Source of the DNA: Trichoplax adhaerens
Taxonomy: Eukaryota > Animalia > Placozoa
Direction: 5' to 3'
DNA: 64,000 bases
Assembly (NCBI RefSeq): GCF_000150275.1
Contig: NW_002060947.1
Coordinates: 604,695 to 668,694 of the forward strand
The notes below the pieces were generated by a model, which was given only the letters and a program-made list of their open reading frames with translations, was not told the DNA's origin and made no database searches. Position numbers and translations under genes: made by a program. Numbering within the stretch: position 1 is the first letter of the stretch; the number at the start of each line of letters is the position of its first letter. Shown here in pieces: positions 13,577 through 22,218 of the stretch.

Positions 13577-14176
13577 ATTTATGCAACAAGTTGCCATGGC
13601 ATCCTTGAATTTTATTCATAGCTATTTAGACGATTTTAAGTTTAAACAGTAATTAATTTCTAAATTAATACGCGTAGGATTTACAAGTTTATCTGATTTC
13701 ATATATCATTTGTACTTTTATTAGATCTTATTCGAAATTGAAAGTCGATTGTAACCTGATTGACCAACTTTCACGTTACTGTATTTCACGGACCTTAAAA
13801 AATGAAGTACGTGTAAAATGCTTCTAAATCAATAAACATTAATGTCAGTTTGAGACCAGACAATAATACATTCTTTCCCTGGGGGCTCTGAATTTTTGAA
13901 TGTATTTAATGAATAATCCTAGAACAGTAAAGTCCTCTAATAACAATGGATTCAAATTACTAATGTACAGCGTGCGGAAATAGTGCCGCAATTGAACAAT
14001 AGTAAAAACATTGTTACTTCTTTAAGGACGACGCCCGACATGTCCATATTGATTTACTGTAATAGTATTCACTTTTATGAGAAAGTAATCATATTTGATT
14101 CAATTCTTCTTTGTAGATATTGTAATACAGATGATAATTAAGACAGTTTCCCTATTATTTGTCAATGTGTATATAA
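13577..14176 (+). promoter_or_regulatory. Promoter of Arg-rich peptide gene A: conserved 18-mer (13577-13594) overlapping an X-box-like element, TTCCCTGGGGGCTCTGAA (13875), TATATAA (14170)
   Basis: The elements recur at nearly identical spacing upstream of gene B. A non-coding exon 1 ends at TGTAAG|GTAAG (14231/14232); its acceptor is TTATAG|GACT at 14416/14417. Confidence 0.6.
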
Positions 14177-14425
14177 GCAGGTATCTTTTAGCTTTCGCCT
14201 CATTTTTTTTCGATCCCACGGTAACTGTAAGGTAAGATGAACGCTAAGATACGGATAAATTGTTTGTGAAAAATATTTTCAAGAAACTGAAAATATTTCT
14301 AATGTAAAAGTATAATCTATGTCTCGTCATCAAGGCTCTTGTATAACTAATATCCTTTTAGTACAAATAGGTAAATAAAATTAATATAATTTAAATCTTA
14401 TAAACGCCACTTATAGGACTGAAAA

Positions 14426-15045
14426 ATGAATTTCAAATTGGTTGTCATCGCCGCTCTATTGTTTGTAGCCTGTGTTGCTGCCGCCGACACAGCTAAGAAA
14501 GCTGAAACCCCTGTCAAACAGGAAGCTAAAACTCCAGAAAAGGAGGAACCAGCAGAGAAGGAAGAACAAGAACAAGAAGAAGAAGAGGAATCTCCAGTTG
14601 AAGAACGTGAAGAAGATGACGAGGATGAAAACGCACTTCAAGAAAAAGAAAATGATGATGGTGAAGTAAAGGAAGAAGAATCCTCCGATAAGAGCGTAAG
14701 CAATAATCGCTAGCATCATTAAACAGTTATTAAAATTTCATGTAGAAAACTTTCGAGCTTCTCTATCACAAGTTTTGCATTGATAATTTGCTCAATGAAG
14801 TAATTAATTACATTGAATAACATTTCAATTTTATTTTATAGCTCTGGAGCCGCCGTCGCCGTCGTCGTCGCTTCTATATCCGCCGTCGTCGTTATATCCG
14901 TCGTCGTATCTTTCTCTACAGGCGTCGCTGCACCTGCTATTATAGACGTCGATTCTTATACAGACGTAGAGTCTTATTAAGGCGTAGAGTCTTCTTATTA
15001 AGGCGTAGATTCCTCTACAGACGTCGCCGCTTTGGCAAGAAGTAA
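14426..15045 (+). CDS. Secreted Arg-rich cationic peptide precursor A (157 aa; candidate antimicrobial prepropeptide); exons 14426-14695 and 14842-15045
   Basis: Signal peptide MNFKLVVIAALLFVACVAA, then a Glu/Asp-rich propiece. Phase-0 intron AGC|GTAAGC ... TTTTATAG|CTC. The last exon reads LWSRRRRRRRFYIRRRRYIRRRIFLYRRRCTCYYRRRFLYRRRVLLRRRVFLLRRRFLYRRRRFGKK*. AATAAA at 15274. Confidence 0.88.
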
Positions 15046-18000
15046 AAAGTTTCACGATAAGGATTTCGAAAAATTCAACAGCATTCAGTGAAGATGATGC
15101 CGTTAAAACTTGATTAATGAGATATTTTTTAGCTGTCTTTGAAAGTACCTTGTAGTATTTCATTGTTAGAAATCAATTTAGGCTCAAAAGGGTAGCACTA
15201 CTACTTAATTTCAGTTCGATTTTATATATTGTAAAATCTGTAGATCCCTTTATATGCTTGCAATTTAAGCATCAATAAAGAGACATTAGATTTGCATTAC
15301 ATGAACTTGTGTATTATATCTGCCTAAGAAAAGCTACAAGATATAATTCTGAATTTTAGCATGTTACCGTGCTTGCTTTGTCAGCATTCGATAAATGCTA
15401 CAGGAATAAACTAGTCAATACTATCAGTATCTACACACACAACTGATCCAAAGCCGACCGAGAGTTATACTGTACGTTAATATTAACGTTATCAAGCTAG
15501 GCTTGTGAACGTGATTTTCGTACAATTAAACTGACAAAATAGCATTAAAATAACAATCCATGTTACCAATTGATCGAATATAGTAAGACTCAATATGCTG
15601 TATTCATTGCTTAGTAATACTCGGCAAGTACTCTCCGCCAGTTAGTTTCCAGTAAGTGCGACTAATCTATCGTAGAGAGTATCTACTTCTCAATTATTTA
15701 AACGTGTTATACACCGTTAGACTAATCGAAGATTATTATTCGAAATTGTAATGGCAACAGAATCTCTTACTATTTCGTTGCTGTAGCTTTTACTAGCACA
15801 TAATCAAGTTATTGCCGAGATTATTGATATCTGGTTTGACTACGCGCAAAGTTCGCTACTATAATGGTAACTATATGCAATTTGCTGTTGATCAAATCGC
15901 TAAGGGCACCTTTCAGTAGCTGTTTTTATCATAAACTCTAACTTAATAAACTCATGCTAGTTAACTTACTCATCTGCCATGTTAAATGGTATAGAAATGG
16001 ATCTTTATGCAATTTTCAATATTAATTCCGAGGTTATTATAAATAGCAGTTTTTGGACTACCGGTATATTGTTTTATCGATTCAGCCATAGAAACAGTTA
16101 ATTGGTACTGATAGAAAATCCATTTTCAGCAGAAAGACAAGCATGCTTATACTAGTACGAAATTGTTTTATTTTACGTCAATATTACCGCCTACGTAGTT
16201 ATTTAAAAAAAATTGTTACATCATTTGCAAATAATTGAAACTCTAGAAACTCTAGCTTAATGATATAAAAGTTTCAGAAGATGTATGATTTACCTATACC
16301 TAACTTAGATTGCCATCTAAATATGATTGCAATATCACTTACCATCTTAGCTAAACTGAAGACTTATCAGAATATAGTACGCCTACTGCCTAGAATCAAC
16401 GTAATTTAATCGCTCCTCTTTATTTGTACCTACAGTTTTCTTAGGCGCCCCATTGGTTAGACTTGCAAGAATTTAATCTTAAAAAGGATCGGTCATAAAA
16501 TACGATTGCAAAACACTATTTTTCTACTATCTAGCTTAAAAAAAATTGCTTATGAATTTTGAGAAAAAAGTTCAAGTATAAAATTATATTTACATTTCCA
16601 GAAAAGATAATTAAGAAATGAAGATTAGTTACGTATAAAAAAGTTAACTGAATCAACTTAATCATCAATAACTAATTGAGAATACTAGCAAGTTTTTTAT
16701 TATTATCTGATGTAGGTATATTGACAAATGCTGTCTCTTCGTCACCTAATGACTCTAATGTCTGCGTATATTGTATACGGCACATGCTATCGTTACTAAA
16801 TAGTTAATTAATAAAAGTGTGTGCATAACGTACTAAAGGAATGCAATTTACCATTGAAAGGTTGCTATATGACATACTGATAGTATAGTAACTCAATAAT
16901 TGTACTTTACCGTTAATTACTGTACTAATTACTGAAGAATATACTAATAGTAGCAGCATCGATGATTAATTGGCTGGAAAGTCATCAAAACAAAAACTAA
17001 AGCTAAGTTCACTTTCTCTCCACTCGTTAATGTAAATGTTGTAGGCTCACACTCACATTCTCATAACGGAATAGCTATTTGAATGATTTGTGAAAGTTAG
17101 GCTACAGAAAATGTGAAACCAAAAGCAGTAAATATATTTAATAGCTTTTAGATACTATTCTTTCAATTACTGAAATTGCAAATACTGGTATCCTATAAAA
17201 TATTTTATGATACGTTATATAAGAGATTTACAGCTCAAATTAATTATATTGGTAAAATTGGTGACATGAAATAGAATTTTTACATCCTTTTAAAGGCGAC
17301 AACATGAGAATTAAAACAAAGAATAATCATTTAGAAATCTTTGGAATGAAATGTAAAATCAATGTCTAGAATATCCTTCAAGTGCATTAGTAAACATGGT
17401 TTTTTTAAATGTTTGTTTCTAACATGCGATCAATATTCATTTAGGATAATTAAATCATAAATAAATAGTTTAATTCGATGCTTAGACTGTTTTAACATTA
17501 ATGATAATTCTTATTTCGAGAATACCTTTCAACCTGGTAAGTAATATCTAGGATAACAATAACATTAAAAATCCAAATTATTATTTATAACAAACTTGCT
17601 GAACGTATCGCCTCAGATTATTGCTACTTCTAGCTCGGTAAGGTTACTCTGATCAGCACCAGATATTATTTTGTGGATTCTATACTGTTCCTAAAGGCAG
17701 AAGTTTTGAGAATTATAATGTCGGAGTGCGACTATTATTGTAGCATCGTTGTTCAACGTACGAAAGCATTCTAATGTCATGATGGATGAACACATATCTA
17801 TTTTTAATTTACTAGGAGAATAATAGTAGATTATAAGTGTGTTTGTAATTTTAAACCTAATTTAATACTTATTAATTGAAACATCCTACTTATTTAAGTA
17901 TTTGAGATTTTAATACTTATTAAATGGACACTCGAGATTCTGCATACTAAATTACCGATCATACTTGCATCTTCTTGGCAACTTTAAACGCTATTATGCA

Positions 18001-20560
18001 CGCAGAGTGTGCATAATACATGATATCGCTTGAATAACAAGGTACGAGTGCCGTATATTAGCATAGATGTAGTATCTATTAAATAGTTTGTTTGAGCTCA
18101 GGATTACTGGCATTTATTTAGATGCTGACCTGCTGCACTATTGATTAAGATTAGCGTTACTTTGTAATTGTATATCAAGTTAAAAGTTTACGATGATAGT
18201 TGTTACACAAATGACTGATATTTCATACTTACAATTCCGAGAGTTGGATTAATGCAGTGTTATTAAGGTATTATCGATAAATGATAAGTTGCTAATAATA
18301 ATTATAAAGGTCGAATACATTGGAAATATCTTTTTATTTTTAATATTACTTGATAAAGTATAATTATTTAGTTACTGATAGCAGCTAATTCCACATTGTA
18401 ACATATTCGTGTAAGAAGCAGCAAAACTCGGTTCATAGTGAATTTGTATATCCTTACAGCAGTACGTCGCTCAATTATATTTTTGTGCTTACGCTACATT
18501 ATTGACTGTAAACAACAACGATTTACAGTCATGTATCGCTCAGTAATTTTGTACGCTAAACTGTAGTAGTGTACCCGTCCAACTACAAAATCCAGTCTAT
18601 TCGCGAAACACCCAGTTGGTATAGTATTATATATAGCTATATATGTGGTAAATTTACGAGTTTAAATAAATTTTATTAGTCCTTGGAGAAGTGACGCAAA
18701 AGAAGTTATTAGGATAATTATAACCAATTTTTCAACTGAAAAGATATTTAGATAATTTTTATTACGCTATTCGTTTATTCGTCTATAATTGGTACTGTAG
18801 TCTAAGGCAATTATTATACCGTATAGGTTTAAAAAGCAACTCCGATAGATGAATCTACTTTGACTATTATTGAACCGGATAATAACGCCTTGTTACGGAA
18901 TAGCTTTGCATAGCTGTCGTAGCATAATTTTAATAAGTTAACTTATGTAATAACGTATTGATATTAATTTATCCATGGTGTCTTGTAGATTTAGTAGATG
19001 GTTGTATACTTTATTGTAATATCCATGACTGAAAATTTCCTATAAATTGGTTGACTTATTAATTAAGTTTGGGTTTAATTTTTATCTAAGAGAGACTAGT
19101 GCTTGCTGTAGCTACGGATGATGGTAGGATCGTCAATACTTAGATTCGTACTGTAGGTAGATGTCAGGGTGGATAAACCTGACAGTAAGCAAGTAAACTC
19201 ATAGTGTTATATTTCTAGTTGTAGTTTTAATTCTCTTAATATAAATTTCGGTTTGTAACACGCCTGAAATTGCATTGATACAAGATTTAATTACCACTTA
19301 TATTAAGATTTACTAAAAGTACAGTATAAATTAAATCAGTAAAAGTTCTTCGGCAAATTCTAAAAAGTCTTAGTTATATAATAAAAGATCGGTGAAATTT
19401 TTCCTTTAAACCCCCATCGCTTAATAACGTCCGTCTATCCAAAAAGTTATCTTGAAATGTAGACCGAGTTTAGTATAATACTAAGACGATAGTAGCATAG
19501 AATAAATGGTTATTATTATTAACGATATTAATTAAGCTTCCGTATCTCAATAGAACAAAAAATATCTTTGAAAGTACAGTAGATTATCTAAATATAATGA
19601 AGCGGTAGTCATTAAAACAATAGCAGTTGCTGCTATTATAGCTTGCTAAACTTTTAGTTTAGCTAATTTATTATTCCAGCAATTATTCTAAATAAACATG
19701 ATTGCTCGCTTTGTAATAATTTATTCACCTACCGAGTAATTTTAGCATATTTTTCATTAAAAAGTAATCGAATGACGTTCATAGCTAAATCATTATCCGC
19801 ATAATTGTATGGTGATGGCATTCATAAGTCACGCCATTTACTTTTATTTTAATGATAATTACTTGAGTGGAATACTAGCGTTTGACATCTAAAATTGTAG
19901 CCAATATTATCAGGACCGACGTCAAAGTGATTCCACTAAATGACGGCTTTCTAACAGTTTATTTATGAAGCAGTATTATTGACTAGACGATAATTTATGT
20001 GTTAATGATCAAATGGCAAAGTACTGGTGGTAGTTGAGAAGTTCATTACAGTACTGACATTGCCCACCTGTAGATTCGAGATTTACGTATAATTTTAAAA
20101 AAGTTATCAGTTTTAAGTTTGATCTTGTTTTCTTAATGTATTATTTTGATTTAGTAGACGTTGTAATAAATTTTATCCATTCTTGTATTTTAATAACAGT
20201 AGTGTAACGGGTACAGAAATAATATATTATGTTCATATGATCAACAGCGGTTTCATGCTAAGTCTGTACGGTACCTTTTGATAATTGAATTGTCGCAATG
20301 TATTACAGCAACACTGAATTTGAAAAGGTCTTATAAAAGTCAGTTTGAATGGCTAGAAGAGCTAAGAGCAAATAGAGATATTCGTTAACAAAATGTCCTT
20401 TAACTGTTATATTATTAGCATTACGTCGCAATGCTAATTATAAATGCTGCCTCCAATGGCAGATTTGCGTTATTGATTCTTATATAATGATATATATATT
20501 AGCGTAAAAATGGCAGTATACTGACAATAGGCGTTATAGATAAACGCAGTAATACAATTC

Positions 20561-21161
20561 ATTTATGCAACAAGTTGCTGTAGTATATTCTATTATAACT
20601 ATTAACAGTTAACTGTTATAAATTAAAACTTACAGGCTATTATTACATTGTCATACTACTATACATAGGCTTACAATGAAATTTTAACGGAACTCATAAA
20701 TTTTTGTAGCGATGATTGATTTAAATTAACTATTACTGGCTGAAATATAAGATGTTAAATATCCAATTGCTACGACGAAAGAACTAATCGTCCATCTATA
20801 CCTTATTCATAAACCGGCGAATTATCAATATGTATTTAACAATAAGTTTATTTTTTCCCTGCGGGCTTTGAAATTTAAATATTATATTGAATGAATTACT
20901 TCATTGCGTTATATTCAAGCAAAAGAAGAGGATTTTAATTGATAGTACTAATTGCCTGCAAGTGATTATCATAATTTAGACGAACCGTAGGGATTCTTAT
21001 TAATTCGAATGACGCATCTGAGTTATTCAATTTCAATTATTAGCATCTATATTTACCAGATAAATGATCTTCCTTATTTATTCCTTTATTGTTTTGCAGA
21101 GTCTTTGTGATAAAGTTACTAGCTAAAATATTGTCGTCATTAGCCGTGGAAAGGTATAAAA
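20561..21161 (+). promoter_or_regulatory. Promoter of Arg-rich peptide gene B: conserved 18-mer (20561-20578), TTCCCTGCGGGCTTTGAA (20855), TATAAAA (21155)
   Basis: Same motifs and spacing as gene A. Non-coding exon 1 ends at TGTAAG|GTAAG (21215/21216); acceptor CCTTAG|GACT at 21386/21387. Confidence 0.6.
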
Positions 21162-21396
21162 GTCACACATCTTCTGATTATCATCATATCCCGTTGTTGG
21201 AGCAATAATTGTAAGGTAAGGTGAATTTCGTATACATTAATGTATCGAGTGATAAAAATTGATCGAATACATATCTAAAACGTTTTGTTGAATGTTGCTA
21301 TATTTTATAATCTTATTTATTATCGATGTCGATATAATACATGTAGATATTAAATTGATTGGTTATCGTATTTTAAATAACCTTAGGACTCATAAA

Positions 21397-22218
21397 ATGA
21401 ATTTCAAATTGGTATTGATCGCTGCCCTTTTATTCGTGGCCTGTGCTATTGCAGCCAACACACCCAACAAAGCTGCTGAAGTACCGGCAGAAAAAGAGGT
21501 AGCTCCTCAAGAAGACAATGATGAAGCTCGTGAAGACAATGATGAAGAATTTCCGATAGAAGAAGTACGTGAAGATGACGAAGAGGAATCAGCTTTACGA
21601 GAGGATGAGCCTGAAATGAAGGAAGGCGTTGCACCTACTGTCGAAGAGAAAGCAGTAAGACATTTACTTAGATATCTAAAAATAGCGGTTATGATTACAT
21701 GAATAGATTATTTCTTAGGTCTATTTAATGTTACAGGTTCGAAGTATCAATTCTCTAAACGGAGTAAACAAATCCCGTATTTATTTAAACTTTAATTATA
21801 AATTTTTTAATTTGCTAGTGGTGGCGTCGTCGTCGTCGTCGTCGTCGTGTTGTCGCTCGTCGCCGTTCCACCGTCCACTGCCGCTGCTACGGTAAGAAAA
21901 ACTTCAAGATTGCCACAAAGACAGAAGAACAACCCACTACCGAAGAAGAAGAGGCTACTTCCGAAGAAAAATCGGTAAGTATTTTAGGGATAGACTCCCT
22001 ACAAAGTAGCAATTGCGGCGTTTATGCATAGAACTTATTGTAGCTTTTCTCAACCGTACTTTATGATTTGTTAGATACAGTGAACTAAATTAATTATCGA
22101 TCATGATGCATTCACTTTTATTTGACAGTGGGGAAGTCGTCGTCGTCGTCGTCGTCGTGTTGTTATTAGACGCCGTCGTGGTTGCTACTGCTATACTGTC
22201 TACCATGGCAAAAAGTAA
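21397..22218 (+). CDS. Secreted Arg-rich cationic peptide precursor B (167 aa, two peptide units); exons 21397-21654, 21819-21974, 22129-22218
   Basis: Signal peptide MNFKLVLIAALLFVACAIA, then an acidic propiece. Phase-0 GT-AG introns. Second coding exon: WWRRRRRRRRVVARRRSTVHCRCY-GKK-NFKIATKTEEQPTTEEEEATSEEKS. Third: WGSRRRRRRRVVIRRRRGCYCYTVYH-GKK*. AATAAA at 22461. Confidence 0.88.

Noticed and set aside
14456-14719. Phe-rich minus-strand ORF and Lys-rich alternate-frame ORF (14472-14669); likewise 21446-21634
   Set aside because: Antisense or alternate-frame products of GAA-rich acidic propiece codons.
14842-15045. Protamine / sperm nuclear basic protein interpretation of the Arg-rich exons
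   Set aside because: The composition is protamine-like, but a signal peptide, acidic propiece and Gly-Lys-Lys amidation signal indicate the secretory pathway.
14831-15163. Minus-strand 110-aa ORF with DDG/YALIRR repeats
   Set aside because: It is the antisense shadow of the Arg-rich exon. The plus strand has splice sites, paralog support and a GKK-stop ending.
21292-21396. 35-aa N-terminal extension of ORF 21292-21702
   Set aside because: Most of it lies in the 5'-UTR intron (acceptor at 21386). The paralog alignment places the true start at 21397.
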